From contig NC_092670.1 in assembly GCF_964355755.1 (NCBI RefSeq), forward strand, positions 17,470,795 through 17,534,794: a DNA stretch of 64,000 bases. The letters are read 5' to 3'. This document shows, one piece after another, positions 48,101 through 61,472 of the stretch (position 1 is the stretch's first letter; each line of letters starts with the position of its first letter). Position numbers and translations under genes: made by a program. The notes below the pieces were generated by a model. That model saw only the letters and a list, made by a program, of their open reading frames with translations. It was not told the DNA's origin and did no database searches. This stretch comes from Antedon mediterranea (Eukaryota; Animalia; Echinodermata).

Positions 48101-51100
48101 TAGCCTGGATGTCCTTATTTTAACATAATATATAAACTTTACAACAACATCAATAAATAATCCCACTAAATGAGATCATGGGGCACTATCAGTTGAATTG
48201 TGGGTAGAGGTTAATATCGTATTTAAAATAGAGAGCGATGTACAGACTTGTGAACAAATCGTACACAAAGATCACCATTGAGTGTACTTACCCCATCATT
48301 CGTTGTGACATGCCCTGGGCTATTGCACATGTATTGGGATCCTTGAAGGCAGGAAGGGAGCCCATCATAGGGTGAAGCACAGCATTTGGTACTAAAGGAA
48401 TGGTTGGTAAGCCAGTCTGGACGAGAGAAGGATTACTCCCACTGTATGCACTATTAACTTCTGTACCTTAAAAATATAATTTTAAAATAGTCATTAACTA
48501 CATACATAGATTGCAGGTATTTGATTGGTTAATTACCTGCTGGCTTTATTTATTTTTTTTAACCTTGATAAACTTTACATATTAGAACCAGAAGCGTCAA
48601 TGAAGGGAAAAGGCTAACATGTGATAGACTCTGCTAAAAACCGCTTCTTTCCACTACTTAAAAATGATTTCACAAAAAAGAAATGTTGCAAGTTTTTCAA
48701 CCAATATTCCAAAGATAAAGTCACAAAAGATTGTAAAGATGTAGTCAAATGATTGGGGATCTCAATATTTGTTCCTTTTTATAGGGTGTCATAGCATACT
48801 AATAAAACTAATTCTATTTGCCAACTAATAATATTACAGGTTTATTTTTGCACGATGTTATTCTAAAATTAATTCACAGACAAGCGAAAACAAAAACATA
48901 CAAGCTAAAAATAAATTTTAAAAGCTTAAATAATTTGTTAATTTAGATTTGAAGATTATTAAATGAATATGTACAGTATTATTGAAAGTGAATAGATTTA
49001 GATTTACTGAAATTAAAGTAATTATTATAGTAATGTAATAATTCATGAATCCAATTATAATCATTGCGATAATAACATGCTTTGTGTATAGTGGTTATTG
49101 GTCCAGTGTATATATAGACTCCTCAATCTTGTTTTCTACTATTTTTTCTTCCATATCTTAAGCTCTGTCTGCACTATCAAACTAGTTTGACAAAAAAAAT
49201 GTGTCTATTGGTAGTGATATGCCCAAATATGGTAGTGGTATTACATCATCATGTCCTTATATGGGCACATCACATAAAGTTTAGTGTAGTGTAGACAGAG
49301 CTTTAATTCAAGCAGAACTGCAGTAGAGTAATCTGGCCAAGATCCCTAATCAAGTGAAATAAAACTGTTATTGTAACAAAGTACTGTACTTGGATTACAT
49401 GACGACATGCACCAGTGATAAGCCTTAATTCTTTACTTGTCTATGAACTAAAAAAAAATCTCAATAATCATGTTTATTTTATGAAATTATGGTTTATCTA
49501 ATCCTTGCATCAACATATAACATGTACTGTACGTCACAAGATTTTTTTTACTGCTGAAATTAATTTTTATTGTAACACTACGTGATTATTTAGTCAAGTG
49601 TTTGCAGTATAGATTGTGCTATTAATAGTATATTATTATCCTTGGTAATTAGCTTGCAGAACGTACGTGTTGTAATCGCAAGTTGATAAGCAACATGGTA
49701 CATGGTAATACAAGGAGAAATATTAAATAATATATATAAAATGTTACTAAAATAAATAAGAATAGAATAATCGAATACAATATTATATTAAAGAGTAGTA
49801 AAATAAAACAATTTAAATTTTTTTTTAAATATTTTTTTGTTTACAGAGAAATTTAATCATAAAACAATAAATAAATATAAAACAGTGTGTTATTTCAACT
49901 TGTTTAAGACGCAGTTGAATGTGTGAATTGAGATATGTATACACTATCAAACTAGTTTGACGAAAAAAAGTGTGATGTGCCTAAATATGGTAGTGATGTG
50001 CCTAAATATGGTAGTGATGTGCCTAAATATGGCAGTGATATGACATCATCGTGTCCATATATTATTAAATGAAATATCTGAAACATTTATTTTTTATGAT
50101 TACTAGTTATATATCTAACATTAGCCAATGATATGTCATACAGTTGTTTATTTGTTTGTTTTTTTTCAATTTAGAGGTTGGTATTAAAGGCAAGTTCTTT
50201 TACTTCTACTTCTGATCCCTGAAACAGCTCCTATTATTGTTACCATTTAACTTATTGTAAGTGTATGCTTGTTCTTTTTCTTGACTGTTTCAAATTAATG
50301 TGATGAATAATAATAATATATGGGCACATCACACTTTTTTTATTACATAAAGTTTGATTGTGTAAACAGAGGTTTAGGTAGGGTTTTATATATAGTTTGA
50401 CTTTCATTATTTTGGACATAGATTCTTTACACATTAATTATTGTTTACAAAATACTCAAGGAAATGCCTGATATTAACGTTTTAAAAATAGGTGACAGTA
50501 TTGTTGTTTCTTTCGCTCTTAACAAAATAAAAAGTGAAATTATTGAATCTAATATAAACTAGATGTTGGGTAGTTGCATTTAATTATTTATACAAGTTAT
50601 GATAAATTACCCATTTATTAAAAAGATAATATTATATATGTAATTAGGGGCACTTTTCAAAACAGGCAGTTGGTTGACGTCCAAAATGAATATTTTCATA
50701 TAATAATTTTGATTATTAATAATCGATCTTAAGTCTGATTAGGAAATATAATGTTGCACTGCATGTTTTGTTATACCATTTCATTTGTAGCAATAAAGTA
50801 GTTTAATCTATTATTTTTCTATGTTGTGCTGGCAAAAATGTCCACTGGTCTATTAAATTTATTTTAATGTTATGTTTTTAGGCACATGGCCCAGGATTAC
50901 CAATAGCAAATTAATCAGTCTTAAGCTCTGTCTACACTATCAAAGTAGTTGGACAAAAAAGTGTGATGTGCCCAAATATGGTAGTGATATTCCTAAATAT
51001 GGTAGTGATATGACATCATAATATCTGGGCACATCACATTTATTTGTCAAATAAAGTGTGATAGTGTAGACAGAGCTTTATAAGATGATTGAGAGCTGAC

Positions 51101-54100
51101 CAAGTGGTCATGATATTCCGGGGTAACTTACCTGGTGTAGCTGCTGTCATGTAGGCTGGGGCAAGTATACCAGGGCCTATCGCTAGCCCCTTCCCATGTA
51201 TTACTCGTTTGCTTAGAGGAGTAGTCTGTGGAAAGAAAGAGAACTAACTATTTAATGAAAAGTACATTGGCTGGATTGATATTTGGTAGCGTGTTAGTAT
51301 TTAGAATGATAAATAACATCTATTTTTAATATAAAATGATATACAATTAATTCTGATAGACACATTATGATCCCTTCAACTGACATTCAATATACACAAT
51401 TGGATTTGATGTTTATGCCATTCTTAATATGTTTAACAATACATATGACATAGACATGTATTACATTTTACAGTTTCATAAGTTAAGAATAAAGATAGTT
51501 TGATATTGAACTCAATTAATTCAGTTTGCCTCAGTCCTTTATTTCACACATAGAATTTGCACGTAATAAATAAAATTAATATTGTATAATGTCTTACAAT
51601 AGAACTGACAATATTTTTTGTTGTTAAAAATATTTTCTACTGCTAAACATTGTTTTATACGTTTTCTGGTAACATTATTTTACCCATTAACATTGTATTT
51701 TTATTATTATTTGGCATTTCCAAACCCAAAAACCCTAATATGACCTAGGAATGACATTAAAAAGATTGTGAGTGGATAGTTGACAATGAGATGATTAACA
51801 ACCTAGAGATGCATAACACTACGCTTACAATCATCAGTCATTTATGCTACAATCCTGAAATAGCTAAAATAATAATTAATGCATGTGCAACACATACTTA
51901 CAACAGCTCGTTCTATCAAGCTTATTTGTTATTGTAATGTTAGAGTTATTTTCAACTTACAATTTTACAATCAAACATATGGATTGGTAGCTGTTATGGC
52001 TAGAGCATATCAATTTTAATTTGTTTGTATTTCATAAATATCTTTGTTAATGGTCATTATATTTGATTAGTTATGTTAAAATATAAAATTAAAATAAAAT
52101 TGATATAATTACGAATTACTTTTATTGATTTATTGTACATACATTATGTGTTTTTTGTACTTGGTTTTGTACAAATAAATATTTAATCTCTTATTTAAAC
52201 TGAAAGAACATTTTTTTAAGCTGCTGTTAAAATCTTGTTGGATCTTTTTTTTTATGTATTCTTCCATAGTTCAGTCTTATTAACAAATTGTAAAAAACAA
52301 AAAACAAAAATCTTTGACATTCCTAATTCAACTTTAAAATTAACTGCTTCTAATTAAAGACCAAAGGTCATAAGCAAATACAGATCTAATTAAAAGTTAT
52401 TATTGTGTTACTGCATACACTAAATAAAACTGTCATCCCTATTAAATTTAGAAGATCATCAGTCTCTTTACTGAACATTTCCAACATCCAATACAGCCCG
52501 ATGTCTATGCTAATAAATGAGGTCGTTTTCAACATTATTGTCAACCGATACATTAACACAAATCCTTTCTTTACGCTAAAAATTATCAATTACTCTTATC
52601 GGTTTTATGTTTGTTGAGGTTATAAATAATTTATATTCTAATAATATAAAAACGTGGGTTAAATTAAACATCATCTGAATTAGTCTAAAGTGTATTTGAT
52701 GTTCTATCCTAGAAAATAATTCTGCAACTTACCAAACATAAATATTTTTAGACCAAACTATACAATATATATATTAAACCAAATGGAAGAAAACATTGTA
52801 AAAATGAACTTCATTAGGAAAACTTTAGCTGTCTACACTATCAAACTTTATGTGAAAAAAATATGTGATGTGCCCATATATGGACTTGATGATAGTCATA
52901 TCACTACCATATTTAGGCATATCACTACCATATTTAGGCATATCACTACCATATATGGGCACATCACACTAGTGATAGTGTAGAAAGAGCTTTAAAAAAG
53001 GTGGATATTGACTGTCGTCATTTTATTACATCACCATACATCGTCTAGGTATAATAAACTCATGCTATCAATGTTGAGATTGAATTTATCATCATCTTAT
53101 GATGTCATCATCATCTTATGATGTCATCATCATCTTTTGATGTCATCATCACACGGCTAAGCAATAAACTCAGGCTATCCACGTTAATCTCTCAATTTCA
53201 ACACTTATTATGTCATGAATAATTGAAAACAAACAGTTTGACGCTGAACTGCTGTGTTCTTTGACAGATTAAAAGATTTTATCAATGACCGCTTTACTAA
53301 AAATAAAACTAATAAAATCAATATCTATTAATATAACTACATCTTATACAGAAAACGAACAGTTGATTGATGCATCTAGAATTGTCAACAACAAAATTTG
53401 TCTCAAACGTCATCGGAAAATCTTCTTAAAATCTATTATTACAACAGTGATGCACGTATACGGATAGTCAACCTTCTCATTTAAACACTTCTCATTTTAT
53501 ACAAACATTCAATTTCATGAATGTTTCTCAATGATGTCATTGCTACAATTTGTTTTTTAACTTATGACTTTCCGTTTGTAAATGTATTGTCTATAGGAAT
53601 AGAAAATTATCAACACTGTGAAGTATTATAAAATAAAAAATAATAATACTTCACAGTGTTGATAATATTCTGTTTTCTTTCCAAATCCCATATTTTCAGA
53701 ACTTTCTCTCTACAACTGCATTGTTTTCAGACCAAGGGTTATGTTAGCAACTTCCTTAGTGTTTAAGACTACATTTTGGCCTAAAGTTGTTTGCATTGAA
53801 CTGACCCACGAATGGTATCCCAAAAAAAAAAAAATCTATCAAAAATAAACACAATCCATACATACTACCAGAAGAAGAGCTCTCACATTGTTAACCATAA
53901 AAAATAAAATAATAATAGTTGTATTTATAGAGTGCACGTTAAAAGAGTACACAAAAAAAGGAGCCAGGATTCTAAAGTTGATACAGAGGAACCGTTTTTC
54001 TAACTCCGCTTTGAAGCTCCCAAATTGAGAACTCACCGGAACAGAACTAATACAAGAGTTTGTGTGAAAAGTAGATGACAAAATAGTGAGTGAAACTTAC

Positions 54101-57100
54101 CGTTTGAGGCGAGAGCTTGCCGGACGTTTGGGTGGGGATTCCAATGGAGATGTTTGGAAGAGAAGGAGAAGCATAAAGGTTAATATTGTTGCTGCTACCA
54201 GAGCCTGGGCTACACTGTGGTTTTACAAGCTGAGGATAGCCAAGTTCCTACAGATGAGAAAAACAAAATTGTTTAGAAAACTAGATATTATAACAAAGTA
54301 ACATCAGTAATTCTAGTGATGTTTATCATGATAAAGGTGATAATAAATCATTTCATTTTTATTTCAGTTCATAACTTTCCAGTGGGGTCTTCAATTACAA
54401 TAAAAAAACATTGCAACTCTCAAATTTAAATTTTAAAAACAACAATGATGAAGATGATAATAATGAAGGATGATGATGAATGAGCATGACAATGATGATA
54501 ATGATGATGATGATGAATGAGGATGAATGAGGATAAATGATAATGATGAATAATGATGATAATGTATGGTTCTTAATACCTCATGGTGCGTGACAAATGC
54601 TCCATTGCCATTTTCAGTTAAGTGCACTGCATTCTGTGGTGAGCTCTGTCCAGAACCAGGAGCACTGCTGCTTGATAATGAATTATCAACTGTAGACAAG
54701 AAAACACAGTTTATGTCAAGTACAGTAGAAACTAGCAAACTAAAAGCTCTGTCTACACTATCAAACTAGTGTGATGTGCCCAAATATGGCAGTGATATGC
54801 TCAAATATGGCAGTGATATGACATCATCATATCTAAATATGGGCACATCACATTTTATTGTCACATAAAGTTTGATAGTGTAGACAGAGCTTTAGTTTCC
54901 AAAACTTGAGCATACTCTGAGTTTGTCAAGAAAATGTGTTTGTACCAGTCAACTAATTTCAGAATGTATGCCCTGTACCCTCCTACTTGTGAATTTAGCT
55001 ACATAACTGTTTTTTTTGCAGTCATGAGATCCTGTAGATGGACAACATGATAGCCTTCAGTAACTAGTGTACAGAGGCACCACTATTTTCTCCAAACAGT
55101 GGCTTGTTGTCTTCATGTTGCTGCAGTTTATACACTATACTATTTAAAAAAAAAAAACTCTATAAATAAGACACCTTTGGAACCCAACAACCTTAATATA
55201 GATGTATTCTGAATAGAGGTTGGCTGTAGTGTTAAAATATATATTTTCCCTCATTCATGTCATGGAAAAGTGTCTGCTGAAAAGGAGTGTCCTAAGGTTC
55301 TGCTGTATTTGGCTTATTATTGAATATCAATCACTCACTTGATAGTGGTTTACCCTTTCTGATTTGGTGTTCTTTTCGCCGTATAAGTGGACTTCCGTGA
55401 CTACGTCTCTCCGCAACCTTCTCTTTCAGTTTTGACCGTACTTTTAAGTTAGAATCGGAAGCTGTTTTGCGAAGAGGAAAATTGTCATACTGCCCAAAAA
55501 CTTGTGCCTGATACTGTCCGCCGTGGGGTGGCGAATGTTGGTTGTTTAATCTTTGTGCATTCCTAAAATTTCAATTAATTAAAATGGTGTATTAAACAAA
55601 TGTAGATGTAGATTATTTGTCTGTTTTGCATTGACTAACTAGCATAGGTGTTTACTATTTGTTTTGTATTTGGGTGTAAGCTCTAACTCCCTAGTGGAGC
55701 TGTAGGATAATGTGCTTCCTTCCAATTCCAAGATCCAGGGTTCAATCCTGACCTAGTGCCAGGGTTGTAACTCTTCAATTTAGTTTAACTCTTTAAACTC
55801 TACGCTCAAATGAGACTTAGTTTATCAGCACGATAGATATTAAATTATAAAATATAAAATAGTTTATATCCATCCTGTAATTGGCAAGTTGAGAAATAAA
55901 AAATATCAAAAAATTAAACAAAATTAAACAAACTATAAATCATATGTTATTACATTAAAGAATGTAGATACTGCAGTAGAATGTAGATACTGCAGTAGAA
56001 TGTAGATACTGCAGTAGAATGTAGACACTGCAGTAGAATGTAGACACTGCAGTAGAATGTAGATACTGCAGTAGAATGTAGATACTGCAGTAGAATGTAG
56101 ATACTGCAGTAGAATGTAGATACTGCAGTAGAATGTAGACACTGCAGTAGAATGTAGATACTGCAGTAGAATGTAGATACTGCAGTAGAATGTAGATACT
56201 GCAGTAGAATGTAGACACTGCAGTAGAATGTAGACACTGCAGTAGAATGTAGATACTGCAGTAGAATGTAGATACTGCAGTAGAATGTAGATACTGCAGT
56301 AGAATGCAGATACTGCAGTAGAATGTAGACACTAAAGTAGAATGTAGACACTGCAGTAGAATGTAGACACTGCAGTAGAATGTAGATACTGCAGTAGAAT
56401 GTAGATACTGCAGTAGAATGTAGATACTGCAGTAGAATGTAGACACTGCAGTAGAATGTAGACACTGCAGTAGAATGTAGATACTGCAGTAGAATGTAGA
56501 TACTGCAGTAGAATGTAGATACTGCAGTAGAATGTAGATACTGCAGTAATTTTGACATTAGTCAATGGCTATAAAATATTTCTTTTTATAGGGTATTTCA
56601 AAGCATTTCAAAGCCGCCTATATTGTGTTTGGGTGTATTATGTACTAATATCTTACCATCCATATGGTGGGGAATGGTTAAAGTTTTGCTGTTGTTGTCG
56701 ATTTAAAACAAAATCTTTTAATTTATGCTTCACTGCAATTGATGGATTTGTATCTAAAAGAAAAAAAAAGAATTATGAAATAGATGATGTGTCTTATAGG
56801 TTATTATTAACTTGACACAACACAAGTAATTTGACCAATCTTGATGCAAAGGATCATCCAAACTCTTGCTTGTGATTGGTCAACTCATCTACGCCTACAT
56901 CCACGTAGGAAAAAAGTTTACCCATACTATATAAAAACAGTTTTACAACAGTAGTGCCAACCTCTACCAACCACTACCCTTTCAAATTAATAGCTTTTTA
57001 CCAAACAAACTTATTATAATCAGTTTAAACATTATTTAACTTGACACAATCATTTTCAAGTCTAAAAAATGTTGTTTTTTTAAAGGAACATTTTTGGCAC

Positions 57101-58969
57101 CATGACAGAAAGAAATGTGCACATGTTCACGACATTTAAATATCGTTTATCTCAAACAAAATGTCAGCAACGCAAGGTCAAGCTCAGGAGAACAAAATTC
57201 AATATCGGATTTCAAATTTAATCTTTACCTAAAAGATGTTGAATTAAAAAAAAATTGTGTGAAGTAGAAAAGTAGAGATTTAACATCCCTATGGACCGAG
57301 TCTACCTTGAACTTATAAAACTTGTAAAATTTGTTTTTATTCAAGTATACATCAAATCAAATAACAACATGGTCAATAAAAACAATGAAATCGTTGCGAT
57401 ATTGATCATGATCAATAAGACAGACCATTTGAAATAATTAATTTCAGCGTGTTAAAATGGTTACTCTATAGTTTTAGGATGAAAACTTTCCTAAATTCTT
57501 TTGCTTTTTTTTAACATGTATATTTATCGATATCATTGTTTATTGTGCATAGTGGTGGTAATAGGTCTTTATTGGTATTCTTACTTGGTTTGTCTTTCTT
57601 TGCTATCATCTGATTTCGTTGTTGTTGTTCCAATCTAGCTTGTTGCTGTTCTAAGATTTTCTGCTGCTGAATTTGCTATCAAAACAAAACAAGATACATA
57701 TTTTAATATGAATATAATAATGATATACAATTAAAATAATAGACCCAAAACTATCACATATTTTGAAATACATATCTGCAATAAAAATTATCCTAAATTT
57801 TTTGTAAATATCTTTTGATGTATTTATAGATAAATAAGCCAAATTCAAGAATGTTGTTGTTTATGTTTACTGCAGTAACCTCAGTAGAAAAATTAACATG
57901 TTTATGACACTTTTAAAAATTGCTGTTTCATTTTTAATATTTGTTATTGTTAACATAATTGATGTTGAATTTGAAATAAAACAAAGAAAACCTTATCTTT
58001 TTCCCACAAACTTAGTATTACAAAATATTCACTTATTATTAGAAATATATTCATGCAAATTTCATACAAATATGGTTTAAATGATACAGTATTTCATCAT
58101 TTATAATATTGTAGCATTAATATTAAAATAAAATATTAATAAGTTCTGTAAATATTTAGAGATCCACTGATTTAATATTTTGCAATATGAAAATTTATAA
58201 CATTCCCTCACAAATTTTGTGAACCAGTTTACCAGGGTAACCCTGGACAATGAAGTGCACACTAGACCTACGGTATATAATCCATTTCCGAGAAACCACC
58301 TGAACCAGTCGGCCTCGAACCAATGGCAATATTTTTGGGTCTTTTTAGGTCCTGTAAACGGCACCCTGCCTAATAACCTGAGTGGAGCTTGGTGGTTATG
58401 ATGCTTGGCTACCAATCTAAGGGTCCTGGATTCAAGTCCTGTCATATGTCAGGGTTTTTTTCTCATGACAATTTACAACTCCACTCCCAAAGACTTAATA
58501 ATAAGTCTTTGTTTTGTAGAGCATCTTGTGTATATGTTTGTCTTGTGAATGGGATTGCCACCTTTGAGAAGGAAAGTGAATGAATTTTCCTAAAATGAGA
58601 ATAAATAAAATAACTCCTCGGCCATTTGACTACACTGTAACAGCATTATTTGTACAGTACTGTGTACTCTCTTTAACCATTGTTAACATTTATGTGTAGC
58701 ACTAGCAAAGTTGTTATAGTCCTAGAGTTTAGGAACAAAAACATAGAAACTTACAGAAATAATTTGCTGCTGTTGTTTATGATAGTCCTTTACCAGTCGA
58801 TCACTCTGGTGTTTAAAATTCTCCATCAACATCTGCTGCTGAATCTGCTGCTGCTTCCGCAACTCCATCAACTCTAGTTGCAGCTCTTGTTCAGACCGAG
58901 CCTGCTGCGCCGGTGTCAGATGCAATGCCCTCCGTTGCGATTCTGGTGACATCACAATGTTTGCAGAAT
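39176..58969 (-). CDS. HDAC4: Class IIa histone deacetylase (HDAC4/5/7/9 co-orthologue), 5'-partial, ~990 aa visible
   Basis: 22 in-phase exons: 58969-58755, 57675-57585, 56753-56657, 55562-55339, 54689-54580, 54247-54101, 51225-51132, 48466-48292, 47895-47727, 47384-47232, 46927-46867, 46400-46284, 45201-45068, 44696-44579, 44184-44075, 42329-42132, 41745-41626, 41351-41254, 40940-40822, 40267-40043, 39667-39529, 39233-39176. Features: Q-rich N-terminal helix, MEF2-binding [15 protein letters not shown], 14-3-3 sites [11 protein letters not shown] / LVRTRSEP / [19 protein letters not shown] site [65 protein letters not shown]. Confidence 0.96.
39800..39990 (+). mobile_element. tRNA-derived SINE (family shared with 55690-55892)
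   Basis: A-box TGGTGGTAA, CCTTCCAA anticodon-like loop, B-box GGTTCAATCC, shared body CCTAGTGCCAGGGTTG..CAAATGAG.CTT.GTTTAT..TCCTGTAA.TGGC.AGTTG. Confidence 0.65.
42419..43677. mobile_element. Non-autonomous pogo/Tigger-like DNA transposon, 1.26 kb
   Basis: TA TSD; TIRs CAGTCAACTCTCCCAATACCGGAC...GTCCGGTATTGGGAGAGTTGACTG; subterminal ACCGGA repeats; possible frameshifted transposase N-terminus ([14 protein letters not shown]) near 43002-43075. Confidence 0.88.
43749..43868. mobile_element. MITE family A copy
   Basis: AAGCTCTGTCTACACTAT...GACAGAGCTT. Confidence 0.8.
44375..44572. repeat. 12-bp minisatellite (AATGTAAATGAC)n
   Basis: About 15 units immediately downstream (gene orientation) of an HDAC4 donor site. 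Confidence 0.92.
47578..47701. mobile_element. MITE family A copy
   Basis: GCTCTGTCTACACTATCAAACT...AGTTTGATAGTGTAGATAGAGC. Confidence 0.85.
49161..49302. mobile_element. MITE family A copy (PIF/Harbinger-Tourist-like, TTA TSD)
   Basis: TTA|AGCTCTGTCTGCACTATC...GTGTAGACAGAGCT|TTA. Confidence 0.85.
50924..51077. mobile_element. MITE family A copy (TTA TSD)
   Basis: TTA|AGCTCTGTCTACACTATCAAA...GATAGTGTAGACAGAGCT|TTA. Confidence 0.88.
52826..52992. mobile_element. MITE family A copy
   Basis: GCTGTCTACACTATCAAACTT...GTGATAGTGTAGAAAGAGCTT with three 21-bp CATATCACTACCATATTTAGG units. Confidence 0.82.
54745..54891. mobile_element. MITE family A copy
   Basis: AGCTCTGTCTACACTATCAAACT...AGTTTGATAGTGTAGACAGAGCT. 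Confidence 0.88.
55690..55892 (+). mobile_element. tRNA-derived SINE
   Basis: Homologous to 39800-39990; B-box GGTTCAATCC. Confidence 0.65.
55959..56548. repeat. 19-bp minisatellite, ~31 copies, HDAC4 intron
   Basis: Unit AGAATGTAGA(T/C)ACTGCAGT. Confidence 0.97.
58378..58585 (+). mobile_element. tRNA-derived SINE remnant
   Basis: GTGGAGCTTGGTGGTTA (A-box) ... GGATTCAAGTCC (B-box) followed by non-tRNA body. Confidence 0.5.
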
Positions 58970-60825
58970 CTACAAAACAAGAAAGAATTTATTAATGCTT
59001 GACAGAAAAACATAGAGCCTTCCACCAGTTAGTTGCCTTTTCTCTTTTTTTATATAATAAAAATAATAATAATTTTTTATAATATATTGTTTTTACTGTA
59101 TTTTTGGGTGAGTACAAAAAACAATGAAGATTTTATGCTTTATTTGTTTTTTTATTTAATCTCCATCTGAACATAATAATATGACTATAAATACATAAAT
59201 AACAAAAAATGAGTATGAGAAGATTAACCCTATATGCCCACAAGCCTGTTCCATAGCGGTGCTGCTAATATTTCATATTCAGAAACTGGCTATGTAATGC
59301 TACAGTTTAATTAATACACAATATGTTAATTATGTCATTTAATTGTTAAAAAAAGCCCTCATTGTCTTCAGTAAGAGCTTCACACATCATTGTGAATGAC
59401 ATGTTATTTAGTTTTATGCAATTATGGTGTATGTTGAAAACATCATATGCTATTTTTTGGAAAATCCAAATCATTCTGAATACACGAGAGAACGGGAACG
59501 TCCTCGAATCAACCATCAACCAAACCATTCACAAAACCAATTGTCACTGGAAAACAAATTTGTTAGCGAAAGCAACATGATTTGCATAACATTTTCAGAA
59601 TTAACATAAATAGTTTGTTCATTTGACTGGTATGGTAACAATTTTCAGTAAATTCTAATTAACAAAGCCGTGCTAAATGCATAGATACAGCCATTGAAAA
59701 CTTGTTAGAATGATATGAATTATTACACTGGAATGTTTTAAGGTAGAACGATATTAAAACAATAATGTTGCATAAGATACTGCATACAGGGAGTAGAAAT
59801 GATAGAGATACTCTGTCCTTAACCCAAGCCTCGTTAACGGAAGTACTTGATTAAACTACTGATTAAATTTCACCTCAATAACAACATTTCCTGTCTGGCA
59901 ACCCACATTCGGCTAAAAATAGCAAACAACCTGGCAACTACAAACAACAATAAAATATGATACAAGATTTTTCCCTTTTCAACTTATTGAATGACTACAG
60001 CATATTGTAACATTAACAATATCCATCCACTGCAAGTGAAGTAGCTAAAATTTACTAATAGTAACTGTAATATTATTATTATTAAAAATATAACAATGTA
60101 TAACTCATTGCATTCGAAAATTTATAAGGAGACTTATTATTATTAAACTAAAAGATGGTACACATACAGTATGTTTACTGACATGGTTTTTAAAGAATTG
60201 TTATTGTTAACTACAGTACCATGAATGGTTTGGAAAAAACATTATAAATGTTTTCTCGGTTTTGGAAGTTAATTGTAAAATGTTTCCCAGCATTATAATT
60301 TTGAAAGAATTGTAAAGTTTAAAACTAAGCAATGAATACAAGTTAGAAGAAATAAAAAAGAAAAAAAGTAATGTTAATGCCACAAAAAATGACAATATAA
60401 ATATATGCTTATTTTGGAATGTGCTTATAACAGGATAAATACCAGTACTGAACAACAGGTGGCCTAGATACTAGACTATGATTAAAAGATTATAGAGGAA
60501 GATTAGCAACATATTATATTAGAATTTAAAAAAGTTAAATTTAAAACATTCTGGTCCAATTCTTTGAAGTTTTCCTTTTATTTCATGTACTTGGCACAGA
60601 AATCAACACATAAATTTTGAAATTTGCTATTAATTATCCACATTCTAAAAATGTAACATATAAGTATAATAAGAATTGTTATTTTGGCAAGTACTGATAT
60701 TTTTAATTTGAAAAATGCTGATATTAATTTATTATATTTGCTGTAAATACAGATGTTTTAAATTCTGCTTTCAATTTAGTTGATTAGTTTATACTATTTT
60801 TGGATAGACTGATTAAATAATACTA

Positions 60826-61058
60826 AGGGATCATGTCAAAATTATTCTACTGCAGTTACTGCAGTAACTTAATTTGTTATTTACAAGCATTAGTAAGCTT
60901 TTTTATGGGTAATCATACACATTCTTGTAATTACTGCAGTGACTTTCATTAGTATACATTGAAACTACCATCATACTGTACAGTACATTAAAAGCAGAAT
61001 AAAATATACAGGATGTTGTACAGTAGTAGCAGTAGACATTTTGTTGACATGGTCCCTA
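60826..61058. mobile_element. MITE family C
   Basis: AGGGATCATGTCAAAATTATTCTACTGCAGT...TTGACATGGTCCCT; shorter relatives at 41177-41228, 62897-63041 and ~2590-2617. Confidence 0.7.
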
Positions 61059-61472
61059 ATTTTACCTGATGTTGCAAATAAAAATAAAAAATAGATTTTA
61101 TAATATACTAATAACTATATCTTTTTTAAAAGTATGAATAGAAATTTGTTAGATATTATTTAAAAATCATTTATTTTCTTTGTTTTGTTGTTAAAGTTTT
61201 ATTTCTAGAAAATATTGATTACCTTTACAATTACTTCACACATCTAGTACAACGCTAGGGCCTACTACTATAATCCAGAAATAAGATAATCCACGAAACA
61301 GCCAAACACCTCAACCTAAAGGCTTAACATGCCTAGTGTGTTTACAGGTATGTTTACGCTGCTAAACTGTGAAGTATCTATTCTTAAATCATGCGTTTAA
61401 AATGACGTCATCATTGCTTTTTTAATTTAAAGGAGTTCTCGATTCTATGACGTGGTTTTCAAATGTCAACTT

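Noticed and set aside
54440-54565. His/Ser-rich ORF extension
   Set aside because: Degenerate (ATG)n microsatellite in an HDAC4 intron.
55933-56565. ORFs of up to 202 aa with [10 protein letters not shown] repeats
   Set aside because: Translation of the 19-bp minisatellite.
55563-57584. Apparent absence of the MEF2-binding exon in HDAC4
   Set aside because: Found as a diverged 97-nt exon at 56753-56657 with correct phases.
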